Counted from the stretch's first letter, positions 1 to 13,528 are shown. The stretch: DNA of 64,000 nt from Octopus sinensis (GCF_006345805.1 NC_043001.1:52948001-53012000), one strand, 5' to 3'. Notes: generated by a model from the letters alone, not told the origin. A program made the numbers and translations.

Positions 1-650
1 TGGTCAGTTTAATTAGTAACGGAATAGAACGTTTAAAAATGAGAGACATCTAAGAGTTGCGGAAAACAATAAAATCCTCTGATACACTTAAATCTTTATC
101 TCATCTATCAAAACGTGAATCCAATCTAATACACATGAAAGCATACATTATCTATCAGAATAAACCCCTGTTTATGAAAGGCCTGCGATTGAAAAAAGTA
201 CTCGAAAAACATAAAAATTATTAAAAGACAAACTACATATTAAAAGACATTCAAGTTACTAGCGCCAAACTACCAACCAAAAATATAACTCCAGTAGTAA
301 AGAAATATAGCCACCCTAATCGCGAGACGGACATCAAACTTATGAAAGTCTCAATATACGAACTGGAGTCAGGTCAAACATTCACCATAAAAGTACACTT
401 CACCTGTGCAGAGAGAAACTTGTTCACAAATGCCGAAGATATGATAAAGGTTACATAAGTCAAACGATTTTCAGTTTGAATATCAAAATGAAGGCACACA
501 AGCAATACATTCAGAACCCCCACAATAGAAGATTCTCGTAAGGAAAATTTTACAAGAAATGCACCGGAAACACACTAGCCCAACTCCGATTGAATATGGA
601 AAATATGTTTACATATTAAGAACTACAAACCAAAACTAAATAACTTGTAA
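1..650 (+). mobile_element. Degenerate Penelope-like element, 3' part (GIY-YIG endonuclease remnant)
   Basis: Manual translation across frameshifts gives ELESGQTFTIKVHFTCAERNL / KCRRYDKGYISQTIFSLNIKMKAHKQYIQNPHNRR and a C-terminal IKNYKPKLNNL*. This fits the PLE pattern F.C...N..Y...C..C...YIGQT...L..R...H. Confidence 0.7.
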
Positions 651-2015
651 CTACACAAAAAATTCATTAACGAAAAGCGCCTACAAATAACAGACATAAA
701 TCAATGGTTTAAGGAATGGTCTGTCTCTGTGATCAGAAACTTAAATCAAACTGCTGTATATTAACGCATTTCACATTCGCAGACACTACGCTTATCCAGT
801 TAGATTAATTTCTGGTCAAAACCGAACCGTCAGGAAAAATATTCAGTTGACCGACAAATGTGGCTTCTTAAAAGAATCAACAAACCGGAACACTGGTCGT
901 CAGTCAGAGAAAAATAAATTACCAGAACCTTCGGAAAAACAAATGAGGTTTGCAGAAAATCAACCAACAAGACAGTGCCTCTCTACTAGTCTAAAACAAG
1001 TGAACAAATGAGTTGAAAACAAGTGAAGTCCCCTGTAAGTCAAGCAACCAGATCCTTGCACTTCTGGAAAACCAAAATATGTGAACAGATCATCCGAAAA
1101 CAAGCTATATGTTCGGGCCCGTCAGCCCCAAAAGGAAAACTATATAGAGAAAGCAATTTCAGTTCAAGTGATGACGAATCATCCTTTATTCTCTAAGATA
1201 GAAATTGTGAAAATATATGTTTTGTTTTTTTTTTTTTTGCTTTTCTTAATCTTTCAAAAACTTCATCGTATCTATTTTTTTATAAAACACAAAGTTACGA
1301 AATTTTCAGTCACGTGTGACTGCTATTGAGATTCATCAAATCTCTATTACTTTCAATCTCTCTTTCGTATCGGAATTTGTATGAACATTTGATCTTTTTA
1401 AGTATATATTTTCCAAATTTTCCCTTGCATATTTCCATTCACTACTGAAAAATAGAAAATTGTCGAAATCAGTTTGGTATTTAAATCAATTTTTACAAAA
1501 TTTAAAAACTACAGCACATTTTGATATTATCGGATTTGATCTTGTTGCTTTCAGAATGTAAATGTCACAAAAGCAGCAAACATACTGTCAAACCTTGTGC
1601 TTACAAAAAAGAGAAACACTTACAAATTTGTTTAGAATAAATTCTACACAATAACATAAATCCAGTATTAATAAATAATGTTTTCTGCGAAATATATCTC
1701 CGAATAACACACAGACGCACACATACACACACACAAACTCACACCCACACACACATAAATGAGTGTGTGGGTATATGTGGGTGTGTGGGTGCGTGGGCGT
1801 GTGTATACAGCAAAAGAAGTATAGAAGTGTGCTAATTTTAACATGTATTCTGGTAAAACATGATTCATAGTCACGTCAATGATCACTAAATCGCGTTCCA
1901 ACCACTACAGTCTACAGCCGCCTATTTCCAGATACCAGCAGAATTAAATGATACCTTCCAATGGAGCAGATGAGCCCATCCTAGGGACTACTAATATGTA
2001 GTAGTAATGCAGAGA

Positions 2016-2420
2016 TTTACTCTTTTTACTTGTTTCAGTCATTTGACTGCGGCCATGCTGGGGCACCGCCTTTAGTCGAGCAAATCGACCCCGGGACTTA
2101 TTCTTTGTAAGCCCAGTACTTATTCTATCGGTCTCTTTTGCCGAACCGCTAGGTGACGGGGACGTAAACACACCAGCATCGGTTGTCAAGCAATGCTAGG
2201 GGAACAAACACAGACACACAAACGTATTCACACACACTTATATATATGCATATATACGACAGGCTTCTTTCAGTTTCCGTCTACCAAATCCACTCACAAG
2301 GCATTAATCGGGCCGGGGCTATAGCAGAAGACACTTGCCCAAGATGCCACGCAGTGGGACTGAACCCGGAACCATGTGGTTGGTTAGCAAGCTACTTACC
2401 AAACAGCCACTCCTGCGCCT
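2016..2420 (-). mobile_element. Full-length tRNA-derived SINE (family A)
   Basis: Reverse complement starts aggcgcaggagtggctgtttggtaag (A box) ... gggttcagtccc (B box), has an internal CA/TA tract and ends ...gaaacaagtaaaaagagtaaa. Related copies at 8931-9006, ~16990-17230 and 61895-62280. Confidence 0.85.
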
Positions 2421-3656
2421 ATAGAAAATTTAGATTATTAATTGTTGTGATTTGAGACGACTGAGAGTGAGACATCTCTATTTTTTTAAGCGTATTTCTA
2501 GGAGAATGCACGAGGACCACACATTCCCCAGCGTATAACCGACTGATGGTCTTGATTCGCAGATTTGGAGAATTTAGTCTATAAAGTCAACTCCGAGAAT
2601 AGATTTTCTCTTCTTGTGACTTGATAGCAATACATGAGTAATTAAGGGAATCGGAATAAGGCACAGACGTTTTCGGAACTAGGCGCTCACCTTTCGGTCC
2701 TGAAAAATAACTGTAGACACAATAAATCCCTTGTATCTGGTTCCTCTTACACTCGGCTATAAGAATGCGAATGTATGTAAGAAACCGATGTAGAAGAAAC
2801 AGTGCTCTATTCTGAATATTTTCTGAGGACAAGTCCCCACGAAGAGTGACCACATATGAAGTAATAGTGCTATATATGATAGTATGTTAGGTTTATAACC
2901 CTAAAGTACGAAACTGAAGTGACACTGCCAATGTTATAACAAATAACACAAAGTAATGTAGCATGAAATTTTTGCGGCGTCATACATTTTCAGTGATTTC
3001 AATTTTCCATCAATTTGACTAATGAAATGATATTTATTTTATCTTAAAAGAGACGGTAAATGGAATATATCTCTTGAGATAGGAATTTATTTCTATGATG
3101 ACAGCAGTGAGCCACTAAATCACTCAATTAGTTACATTCTACGTTATCTAGACTAATTCACCGTCACCTTCTCACTCTCTCTCTCTCTGTTTTTGTATAA
3201 ATGCGTGTGTGTGTGTATGTGTGTGTATATACATATACATATACATATACATACATACTTGCATGTATATACTTACATATATCTGATCTGATAAACTCTC
3301 AGTCAAATGTTACAGGTAGGTTTATGACAGCAGAGAATTTCAAATTCTTTGCGATGCCAACCCATCTGAAGAGGAAACTTGGAAATTAATGAAATTAAAA
3401 AGGAGGAAAACAATTCCGAAGAAAATGGTAAATGTGTGAGTAGTTCGTGAGCAAAATGTTATCAAATCAAAGTAACCTCATGATTTACTAATACCATTAG
3501 TGTCAACTCATTATCATTTAATGGATTCTGTACAGGAAATATTGTTAAGTGGAGAACTGTAAGTGAGAATAAAATTTAATGCAAGTTTAATAATCTACAT
3601 GAATACATTATGTAATCTGGTACTAATAATCACCAAAATACAGATATTACCACAAG

Positions 3657-3671
3657 ATATATAAATATATA

Positions 3672-3733
<62 letters not shown>

Positions 3734-3756
3734 GTATATATATATGTATATAAATA

Positions 3757-3795
<39 letters not shown>

Positions 3796-3812
3796 TAGAT
3801 ATATATATATGT
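3657..3812. repeat. (TA)n/(TATG)n microsatellite
   Basis: Direct inspection; one of many such tracts in the window. Confidence 0.95.
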
Positions 3813-4364
3813 GTGTGTGCATGTATAAACACTCACACAAGCACACAAAAAGACACAGATGCACATGTATACATACACACACACCTGGTAACACTTGTTT
3901 TCCCAGACATGTACATATGAATCTGATTCGTAGATTACTTGTTTTGTATAAACTCTTTTTGATTAATCGTTTGGTATTTACAAGAAATAAGTTATCTAAA
4001 GAAACAAAAATGCTTTTAGGATGAGTAGTTCTTCAACACAACGAAATTCTTGATTTTCACATGTATTTATGTGTATGTGCATCGGATATGTCTATGTATA
4101 TATGTGTAGCTCTTTCTATCATTCTGTCTTTCCTACTACTACCACGGTAAATACGTAATTGAACTTGAAACTTCCTATAAAAAGCCCACGATAGGACTCC
4201 AAGTGTACATCCAAAGTAACATCGACTGGGTGACTGAGGTCGTTTGGCAAGGATGAGGCAGTAGTTAGCTCTTTGGTAAACACAGACTACAGTTTTAGTG
4301 CTAATATTAGAACAGAATTTGGACACAAGACGTATGGTATAATGTATTTGAAAAAAAAAACAAG

Positions 4365-5192
4365 GTACAGTCCCTATCATGGGTAGAAATACCTAATAGA
4401 TAACTGGTTAACAAATTGATAAGTAAGGCTATGCATACCTTGGCATACTAGATTTCAACGAAACCATGAAAAAGAAAATGAAAGAAAACTGAGGATGGAA
4501 TATTTCTGAAGACTAAGATTGGTGTGCGCTCAAAACTGACCGGGTGAAATAATACCCACACAGTTAATAGGTAGGAAATAGCATCGCTTCCGTATGAAAC
4601 TGGAATCATAAGCTGGAAAAAGAAAGGACTAATGAACATGGATACAAAGACAAGAAGAATACTGATAGTGAACGGATCCTTCCGCCATAAAAGTGACACC
4701 GATAAGCTGTACTTGTCCAGAATAATGGGTGGGTGAGTTTTGATAAGTTGCCAGGATTGTATCGAAGGAGTGCAAAACAGCTTAGGGTATTATGTAAAAA
4801 TACCATGGAATCATTCCTGGAACGCTAAGAAGTCTGGCGTCATAAAATTGTTAATTGTGTAAAGAAAGAAAAACATTATAGTGGAAAAGAACACAAAAAA
4901 GAAACCGGATGGAAGTAGAAAAAATGCATGGTCATTTTGCATGAGATACGAACGCCAAGACAGATACAGAAGACCGGTGGTTATGGATGAGGAGGAGTGA
5001 CCTGAAGTCAGAGACAAGAGCACTTATATGCGCAGCAGAAGAGCAAGCGTTAAGGACTAACTTTGTGAAACGCAGAATTGACAACATTACCGACAGCGAC
5101 AAACGCAGAATGTGCGGGGAGAGGAGTGAAACGGTATGGTACAGCGTTAGTGAATGCCCGAATGTGGCACAACGTAAAAGCAAAAGACATGA
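4365..5192 (+). mobile_element. Degenerate RLE-type (R4/Dong-like) LINE fragment, end of RT to zinc knuckle
   Basis: Translates to GYAYLGILD..., ISWKKKGLMNMDTKTRR...KSDTDKLYLSR..GG, and the ORF 4987-5223 MRRSDLKSETRALICAAEEQALRTN...RMCGERSETVWYSVSECP, homologous to the element at 11942-14461. Confidence 0.8.
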
Positions 5193-5269
5193 CAGCATGT
5201 TTGGTGTAAGTCTGCAACTGTAGAGGCTCTGTAGCTCTTCGAGATCTTGATGAAATCACTCACCATAGT

Positions 5270-5417
5270 CTTCTCAACTGGTTATTATTTCATCAACCCC
5301 GGGAGCACGAAAGGCAAAACCAACCTCGGTGGAATTTGAACTAAAAACGTAAAGACGAATGGAATGTCTCTAACTATTTCGCACGGCATGCTAACAATTC
5401 TGCCAGCTCGCCGCCTT
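5270..5417 (-). mobile_element. tRNA-derived SINE (family B), partial
   Basis: Ends in ctgccagctcgccgcc, the reverse complement of the family head at 6222. Confidence 0.8.
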
Positions 5418-6134
5418 AAAGAAGAATATTATTAATAATAATGGTGGAAAGATGGGCTACACCAAATATTCTGCTCAATACCACAGAATTGCTTGTCAGT
5501 TGTTTGACCATAACCAGTTGTGCAAGTCCCTTAATGGCTGACGATATATGCATCACTGATTACAAACAGAAGCGGTGGAGGTGTACCCTTATCATACATG
5601 CAGTCATGATGGGTATACTGGGCGTTGTTTATTTTACTCCAGTGTCACTTTCATGGCATGCACTGCTCTCTCACTCAGAAATAATAGCAATAATATTAAT
5701 TTCGTCTCTCTCTCCCTCTCTTTCTCTGTCTCTCTCTGTCTTCTCACCCCCACCTCCTCTATGTTTTTCTGTCTCTCATTCTCCCTGTTCCTTTCTTCTA
5801 CTACTTTTGAAGATATTGTGATAGTTTTCAGCCGAAATCAAACTGACACAGAGCAATTTAAACAGTAATCTAGTTTTTCATTAGATTCAGACTAATGCTT
5901 CTTCCGTCTTTGGTTAGATCTTACATTTACAGGTGGTCAGTAAGGAACGCTGCAGTAGACACCTTCTCTAGGCCTTGGTGCGCCCGTCGCTCTCCTGTAC
6001 CATTTTCCCAACCTCTCTACCATATCTACCTACCTCACTTCCATGTTTACACTCACTCCTATGCAGTGCTCCTACTCCCCCTTTCAATATGAATGTATTA
6101 TACTGAGCTTGTGTTAAATAGCTTCCGTCGTTGA

Positions 6135-7202
6135 TTAAGGACCAATTATAGGAAGTGGAGTATAGACAACACTAACGCTAGCGACAAATGCACACTGTGT
6201 GGCGTGAGGGATGAACGGTATGGCGGCGAGCTGGCAGAAACGTTAGCACGCCGGGCGAAATGCTTAGCGGTATTTCGTCTGCGTTACGTTGTGAGTTCAA
6301 ATTCCGCCGAGGTCGACTTTGCCTTTCATCCTTTCGGGGTCGATACATTAAGTACCAGTTACGCACTGGGGTCGATGTAATCGACTTAATACCTATGTCT
6401 GTCCTTGTTTGTCCCTTCTGCGTTTAGCCCCTTGTGGGTAATAAAGAAATAGGTATGGCACTTCTGCGAGCTGGCAGAAACGTTAGCACGACGGGCGAAA
6501 TGCTTAGCGGTATTTCGTCTGCGTTACGTTGTGAGTTCAAATTCCGCCGAGGTCGACTTTGCCTTTCATCCTTTCGGGGTCGATACATTAAGTACCAGTT
6601 ACGCACTGGGGTCGATGTAATCGTCTTAATACCTATGCCTGTCCTTGTTTGTCCCCTCTGTGTTTAGCCCCTTGTGGGTAATAAAGAAATAGGTATGGCA
6701 CTTCTGCGAGCTGGCAGAAACGTTAGCACGACGGGCGAAATGCTTAGCGGTATTTCGTCTGCGTTACGTTGTGAGTTCAAATTCCGCCGAGGTCGACTTT
6801 GCCTTTCATCCTTTCGGGGTCGATACATTAAGTACCAGTTACGCACTGGGGTCGATGTAATCGTCTTAATACCTATGCCTGTCCTTGTTTGTCCCCTCTG
6901 TGTTTAGCCCCTTGTGGGTAATAAAGAAATAGGTATGGCACTTCTTTAGCAAATACCCGAAATTGGCACAACGCCAATACAAAAGACGCCATGACAATGT
7001 GAAAAAATTATCCATTGGGAACTCTGTGGAAATCACGACCTACAAAGTGTAAAGACGTGGTATGAGCAAACTTCAAAATGAATTACCGAAAATGAGGACT
7101 CCAAAATCCTGTGGGATGTACTGATCCAGGGGGATCACCCGACGAGACATCGGAGACCGGATATTGTTGTGGTGAATATAAAAGAAAGAACATGTATGAT
7201 AA
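6135..7202 (+). mobile_element. Second RLE-type LINE fragment (zinc knuckle and RLE start), interrupted by a SINE trimer
   Basis: LRTNYRKWSIDNTNASDKCTLCGVRDE before 6222; after 6945 it resumes KYPKLAQRQYKRRHDNV..IHWELCG...KILWDVLIQGDHPTRHRRPDIVVVN (RPD motif of the RLE). Confidence 0.8.
6222..6945 (+). mobile_element. Three tandem copies (240-bp period) of SINE family B
   Basis: gcgagctggcagaaacgttagcac recurs at 6226, 6466 and 6706. B box gagttcaaattcc; central ctttcatcctttcggggtcgat resembles the Meta-SINE domain. Confidence 0.92.
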
Positions 7203-7720
7203 CACTAGGTAACAAAATGTTTACTACTGTTAGACGAAATAGCGATCATAGGTCATTTGGGAGCGCTAATTCCGAATCTGCAATAATTTTTGCCCTAGCA
7301 CCTCACACTTTTACGCTATCGATATTATACTGCTATCAAAACTAAAATAATGTGAACATTCATGACAAATGTATGTTATGTTAAGCCTAAATTACCGTTA
7401 TTTAGTACAATAGCAATAGGAACTAGATGGACAAGTATCTCTAAAACCAATAAAACACAAAATAAAAGTGCAAAGTGAAAATTATTAATTTTATGTGTTT
7501 CAGAAATGGCTTTGGCATATTCTTTTACGCTTATGATGCATGCCCGTTTCTCGTTTCTAAAACAAGCAGTAGCCCGTCAGCATGTTTGGTGTAAGTCTGC
7601 AACTGTAGAGGCTCTGTAGCTCTTCGATTTCTTGATGAAATCACTCACCATAGTATTCGCTTAAGTTACCCATATTGGGTGGAAAAAGTCAAGATCAGAG
7701 GGCAGAAAATGATTTTGCCA
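7203..7720 (-). mobile_element. Chapaev-like (CMC superfamily) DNA transposon remnant, 3' end
   Basis: The minus strand reads, across a frameshift, HFLPSDLDFF..NMGNLSEYYGE*FHQEIEELQSLYSCRLTPNMLTGYC, matching HFLHSHLDFFPENLGAVSDEHGERFHQDI...DYC. A terminus-like cactaggtaacaaaa at 7203 truncates the LINE. The superfamily name is from recall of the motif. Confidence 0.65.
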
Positions 7721-7811
7721 GCAAATGTGTCTGTTGATTGCAGGATATAATTCTATTATTCTTGGCCAGCAAATGTGTCTGTTGAGTGCAGGATATAATT
7801 CTATTGTTCTT
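7717..7811. repeat. 48-bp tandem duplication
   Basis: gccagcaaatgtgtctgttga.tgcaggatataattctatt.ttctt at 7717 and 7765. Confidence 0.9.
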
Positions 7812-8019
7812 TTTCTTCAACTCCAATTCTCTTGATGCATCGTGACACATATGCCATGCTTACTGTTGTTGCAAATGGAAAACTGAAATAGTTTCTCACC
7901 CATCCAATCAAATTTTGCACTGGTGGCAATGTTGTACTGACTAACCATTCTGAGAAGCTTTAGTCTGTATATAATGAATAAAAGACATTGTATTGTCTTT
8001 TCCTCATTTATTAATGTTA

Positions 8020-8020
<1 letters not shown>

Positions 8021-8050
<30 letters not shown>

Positions 8051-8367
8051 CTTCTTCTTCTTCTTCTTCTTCTTCTTCTTCTTCTTCTTCTTCTTCTTCT
8101 TCTTCTTCTTCTTCTTCTTCATCTTCTTCTTCATCTTCTTCTTCATCTTCTTCTTCATCTTCTTCATCTTCTTCTTCTTCATCTTCTTCTTCATCTTCTT
8201 CTTCATCTTCTTCTTCTTCTTCTTCATCTTCTTCTTCTTCTTCTTCATCTTCTTCTTCTTCTTCTTCATCTTCTTCTTCTTCTTTTTTATCTTCTTCATC
8301 TTCTTCGTCTGATTCTTCTTCTTCTTCTTCTTCTTGTCCTTCTTCTTCTTTCTCTTCATCCTTCTTA
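8021..8367. repeat. (TTC)n microsatellite with ATC interruptions
   Basis: Direct inspection; explains the poly-K/F/S ORFs. Confidence 0.97.
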
Positions 8368-8834
8368 CATGGTCTCTTTACTAATTTTCATCCCCTAACC
8401 AGACTTTTGATTATTGTTTCTTTCTTTCCAGTATAAGCAAAGCAAAAAACAATCAATATTTCGAAGACGCACAATTGAAGGGCGCGTCTGTGATGCAAGT
8501 CTGATGACGTTCCAGTCTAATATCTAAAGCCTCAAACATTACGTAAATGTTCACAGAAGTTTTGCGTAATCTGGCATAGCAAGCAAAGTCGGTACAGAAA
8601 CAACTGTAACGAATCAAAATAGAGGTGTTAAAGGTTTCTTAAATTCATATCATTTGAATTACAATTTACTCTTCTTCACACGTACACAACGGTTTACCGT
8701 TGTTAAACCAGGATTTTCTACACTTGAAGAGTTTTGCTATTAGTCTGGAAACTGACAGTGCTGATAACCCAGAAATTGGGTTCTATGCCTCTCTGGACAT
8801 ATCCTACATTTGTTCCTTGTCAGGACCTAAGATT

Positions 8835-8908
<74 letters not shown>

Positions 8909-8930
8909 ATATATATATACATATATATAG

Positions 8931-9006
8931 TTTGGCTGTCGTAAGAAGATTGCTTCCCAACCACATGGTTTTGGGTTTAGTCCCACTGCGTGCCATCTTC
9001 GGCAGG
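8931..9006 (+). mobile_element. SINE family A 5' head fragment
   Basis: tggctgtcgtaagaagattgcttcccaaccacatggttttgggtttagtcccactgcgtg matches the head of the 2016-2420 copy. Confidence 0.75.
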
Positions 9007-10249
9007 TAAGAGAAAAGAAGAATAAAATAAATCTATCTATCTATAAATCTAAGAGCCGAAATGGTTTCCAAATATTATTGACAAATTATTAGATTGAAGA
9101 GAGAATTAGAGTGGGTCGCAAAGACAAAATGTCATTGTTTTTAAATTTTGTGTCAACATATATCTGTATGTAAGTATAACATGCTTCGTCAGTATTAATA
9201 CCTTGAACCTTCTTTCATCTGATCTTGTATATATAAAGGATCTAATATCAGTGGTAGATAAAGTAGACACGTTCATTTTGAATTAGCTATTATTTTTTAT
9301 TTATGGTTTTGAGAAATACATTAGATATTTGTTGCTATGAGCAGTGTTACACATTTCATATTTATGTTCCATCATTTAGAGTTTTTCTTCTTGATATATT
9401 ATATTTGATTTGAAAACTCATTTTATCTTTGCATAGAAGTATAATGCAACACATTAAGCATTCATTTTCTAGTGAAGTAACCAAGCTCAATATTACAAAG
9501 GCTGAAACATCCCAATTCGAGTGATAAGATCAGAAAAAAATATACAACGATAATTGCTTTTATTTATAATTAACGAAATTATAGAGTTAAGCTTTTTTCT
9601 TGTTCTGAAATAGTTTGCGTCATCAAATATGCAAATATTTATCTGTTGCGTTACAGATCTTACTTGGCTAATCATTGTAGACATGTTTTCTCACATTTTC
9701 AAACGTTTGGAACATATATGTAGAGAAAAAGGAAACAAGATACAAAAATGATTAACTTTGAAAGAAGGTACTTATTGCATTAGGGAATTCTGAATCCGTA
9801 GGGGCGAAGGAAAGAAACACATAGGCAATAATATATCGATATCGTGAAATTAGCTACGTTTTTCAAGCATAGAATACATGATGAAGAAAGAATGCTACAA
9901 ATTTCGTTAGCACTTAGTTTCCAGACAAAAAGATACACACATATATAAACACTACATATAACTATTTATGTTTATATACGTACATGCATGTGTACATTAG
10001 AACAATGGATTGAAAATAATACTTTTGTTACGTTTAAGAAATACTATTATGAGTCTCCTTATTATCAATATTTAATGTTATCATTCAAAATTTACCATTC
10101 GAAAATGAATACAAAACTGACGGCCATTGTTGAAATATTTACTTTAGATATTTCCTGTGTTGGGTTATAGATTTAGAAAAGCAGCGCTTGGGACTATCTC
10201 TTTATATATGCTTTTATAATCACTCAAATATTTCTCTAACGAGTACTTG

Positions 10250-11225
10250 AACCTACTTCAACGTCCCTCGTCCTGTATTTGAATCTGCACATTGTCAGTT
10301 GTTCAATAAAATTGCAATAGCCTGTAAATGGAATTCTGTAAGGCCTCTTCAATAGTAGAGATAGGTAGAATGTTCTAAATCTCGTCCTTGCTCTTCTTCC
10401 GCTCACACCTTGAAATGTATTCAAATATCAATAGAATCCCATGCCCATATCATCAAGCTGCTATTGAATTACACTCATCATATACCAGTATTCCTCTTCA
10501 TCAAAAAGAGTGTTCCTTAGATGGAAGCCTTGACTGTTAATTTTGAAATACCTGATTGCTGTTTTAGACATTGTTACAGGCACTTGCGGCAATGTTACAG
10601 ACACTTCGTACTCTAGGTCACACAGGCGCCAATGTACTTAAATTCGTTAACCTTCTTTAGCTACGTGCTCTATTTAGAACAAGTTAACAGCTGGCTTACA
10701 TCCTAATTGATGGTCATGAACTCAGTTTTCATTGAATTCAGAAAAAATCTGACTTTGGCTTTGGATGCATTACAGTCAATTGATACCGACAATTTGATGA
10801 ACTGTGAAGGCAAGAGGGACAGATAACATCTTGATCATGTTTTGATCGTTTATGCTTGATAATGTGGATATTGTACTGGAGAGGAAGAAGAGTCTTCCTT
10901 AGCGCGTAGTCCATCAAATCTCTCAGTGACTTACTGAATAATACCTACTCTTATGTGAAACATATTTTTTTTATCATAGGTGACACACGATGTGTATTTC
11001 GCAACTCCTGTTGACAAATAATGTCACTACTATGCATACCATTTAAAAGGTATAGTTACGGACTGTTGCCCCGCATCGAACAATTCGAAAATGTGCCAAT
11101 GTTTCTGAATGGCAGAATAATGTATTCCTTAATCTACTGAATTCTATCTACTCTATAAAAGTAATTTCTTCTCTGAATTCATCGTTGCTGAAAACATCCT
11201 GAGAATATTTGATTCGTGGTTTAAT
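10250..11225 (-). mobile_element. Highly degenerate RTE-like LINE reverse transcriptase remnant
   Basis: Minus-strand peptides LMDYALR, AKVRFFLNSMKTEFMTIN and LKKVNEFKYIGA match the RT C-terminal pattern (GL.LN..KTEYM; V..FKYLG). Many stops; boundaries approximate. Confidence 0.5.
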
Positions 11226-11290
<65 letters not shown>

Positions 11291-11294
<4 letters not shown>

Positions 11295-11650
11295 ATCAAA
11301 ATAAGCAACAAGGATGTCTAGAGGTAATGCAGTACGATCGTTTCACGCAACTCCAGTTGATTGAAGGATGCAACCATAACATTTAAATGCTATCCTCAGC
11401 TGCACAAAGACAGAATTTAATTAGATTAAAACAGATGATACATTAGTATAATTTTGCTTAAAATCTCCAAGAAGTTAAGGCGATAGACAAAGAACATGAT
11501 GCCTTCACTTCAGCTTAAAAGCTACTAAGGTATCAGGAGGATAGACTTGTTACAGATTGTGCTTGTCCCTGTTTTATGGGGTCAGTTTTAATTTATAGAT
11601 TAGTTTTATCAAATCCTTGTATATCTAAGGCGGAGAGAACAAGAAGTAAT
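11291..11650 (-). mobile_element. Left arm of an HHR-bearing inverted-repeat element (Penelope pLTR-like)
   Basis: Reverse complement of ~14650-14917 and homologous to 45275-45635; abuts (TA)n. Confidence 0.75.
11328..11404 (-). ncRNA. Type I hammerhead ribozyme motif
   Basis: Minus strand: tgcag-CTGAGGA-(48 nt, weak stem II)-GAAAC-gatc-GTA-ctgca. Stem I tgcag/ctgca; palindromic stem III acgatcgt. Confidence 0.7.
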
Positions 11651-11879
11651 ATTGATGATGAAGTGGTGAATAGAAGGAATAGTTGTAGCATTTCTAATAT
11701 AAACAATATGGATTGTAGTACTGGTGTATATACGGGCATGAGAATTATTAGTATGCCTGCTGATGCAGAGGAAGTTTCATGTGATACTACGATTGGAGTT
11801 ACAAAGTAACAGACGTGAACATAATATACTTGATAATAGAAATATTAATGGCGAAAAAATGATGATAATAATAATAATA

Positions 11880-11943
<64 letters not shown>

Positions 11944-12145
11944 GGAGTATTAGAATAACAAACTCAGCATCTGAGCAACTTTGGACCCGCATAACAACTG
12001 AAGAGGTCACCCAGGCACTGCAAAGACTAAGCAACTGGAAGGCACCTGGGCATGACAAGATCCCCAACTTCTGGTTGAAATATCTAACAGGAATGCACAG
12101 AAAGCTGGTGAAAACTTTAACAACATACTAGCAGAGCCAGAGACA

Positions 12146-13030
12146 ATGCCTGAATGGCTCACGAAGGGGAAAACCATCTTAATTCCCAAATCAAATGAGA
12201 CAGCAAAACCAGAAAACTACAGACCTATAACCTGTCTCCTTACAATGTACAAGGCATTTACTGCAGTGATATCGCAAAGATTGAACAAGCACCTGGCCGA
12301 AAACAACCTGTTTCCAGAAGAGAAGAAAAGATGCCGCAAAGGCTCATATGGCTGTAAAGATCAACTAATGATCAATAAAGCCATAACTGAAGATAGCCAC
12401 AGAAAGAAGAAAGGCCTCTGTATGGCCTGGATCGACTACAAAATGGCTTTTGATAGCATCCCCCACACATGGATCCTCGAAACACTAGCCATTAACAAAG
12501 TAGCATCAACAATTATGAAATACATAGGACACTCTATGAATAAATGGCAAACAGTGCAACAGCTCCAGACAAAAGAGGGACTCATGAAAACCAAAGCCAT
12601 CCCCATTAGAAGAGGAATATTCCAGGGAGACACGCTCTCTCCACTCCTTTTCTGCTTGGCACTGTCAACTCTATCGGATATGCTAAATAGAACCGGATGC
12701 GGATATAAATGTTACGGCAAAACGATCAGCCACCTCTTATATATGGGTGACCTAAAACTATACGCTGCAAATGACAAACAACTGGAAACACTATTAAAGA
12801 CAGTTCATGGATTTACCAAAGAAATAGATATGAAATTTGGATTAGAAAAATGCGCCAAAGTAACCATGAAAAGAGGAAAACTAGTTAAGAGTAGCAACAT
12901 CACACTAGATAAAACCAATGAAATAAAAGAATTAGACCAAATCCAAACTTACAAATACTTAGGAATCCATGAGCTAGATAAGACACAACACACACAAATG
13001 AAAGAGAAAATAAAAAAAAGAATATTATAG
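12146..13030 (+). pseudogene. Reverse transcriptase domain of the R4/Dong-like LINE (catalytic YMDD changed to YMGD)
   Basis: 294-aa ORF with non-LTR RT motifs, followed by a frameshift. Confidence 0.9.
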
Positions 13031-13381
13031 ACGAGTTAGATCAATACTAAAAACAAGATAATAGGTATTAACACTTTAGCAGTCCCAGTTATAAGTTACA
13101 GCTACAATATCCTTAACTGGACACTAAATGAACTGACCAAAATAGATAGGAAAACAAGAAAAATAATGACAGGATCTAGGATGCATCACCCAAAATCTGA
13201 CATAGAAAGACTATATATACAACGTATAGAAGGTGGTTGAAGCCTTATACAGCTGGAAAACTACTATAAAATAACCACCATAGGACTGCAAAAATATCTA
13301 CTTCAGAAGGAAGGAAAGCTGATTCTCAGTATTTAAGGAAGCTGACAAATACAAGCAAGAAATCATACCACCTAACAAATA

Positions 13382-13528
13382 TGAAGAAGAAGAAGAAGAA
13401 GAAGAAGAAGAAGAAGAAGAAGGAAAAGAAGAAGACGAAGAAGAAGAAGAAAGAAGAAGAAGAAGAAGAAGAAGAAGAAGAAGAAGAAGAGAAGAAGAAG
13501 AAGAAGAAGAAGATGATGATGATGAAGA
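13382..13528 (+). repeat. (GAA)n expansion inside the LINE coding region
   Basis: Direct inspection. Confidence 0.95.

Noticed and set aside
1160-1212. GTGATGA...GAAA downstream of the Penelope remnant
   Set aside because: The position fits a decayed pLTR hammerhead, but the core and stems are too degenerate to call.
3595-4024. ORFs rich in YI/IY, CV or HT repeats (also near 17173, 20176, 32776-34160, 38873, 49950, 54985, 57531, 63626)
   Set aside because: Translations of (TA)n and (CA)n microsatellites, which lack stops in some frames.
6222-6310. tRNA genes at SINE heads (also 41681, 48561, 56336)
   Set aside because: A and B boxes are present but there is no proper cloverleaf, and each continues into a SINE body or tail.
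7817-8436. Poly-K, poly-F and poly-S ORFs
   Set aside because: Translations of the (TTC)n tract.
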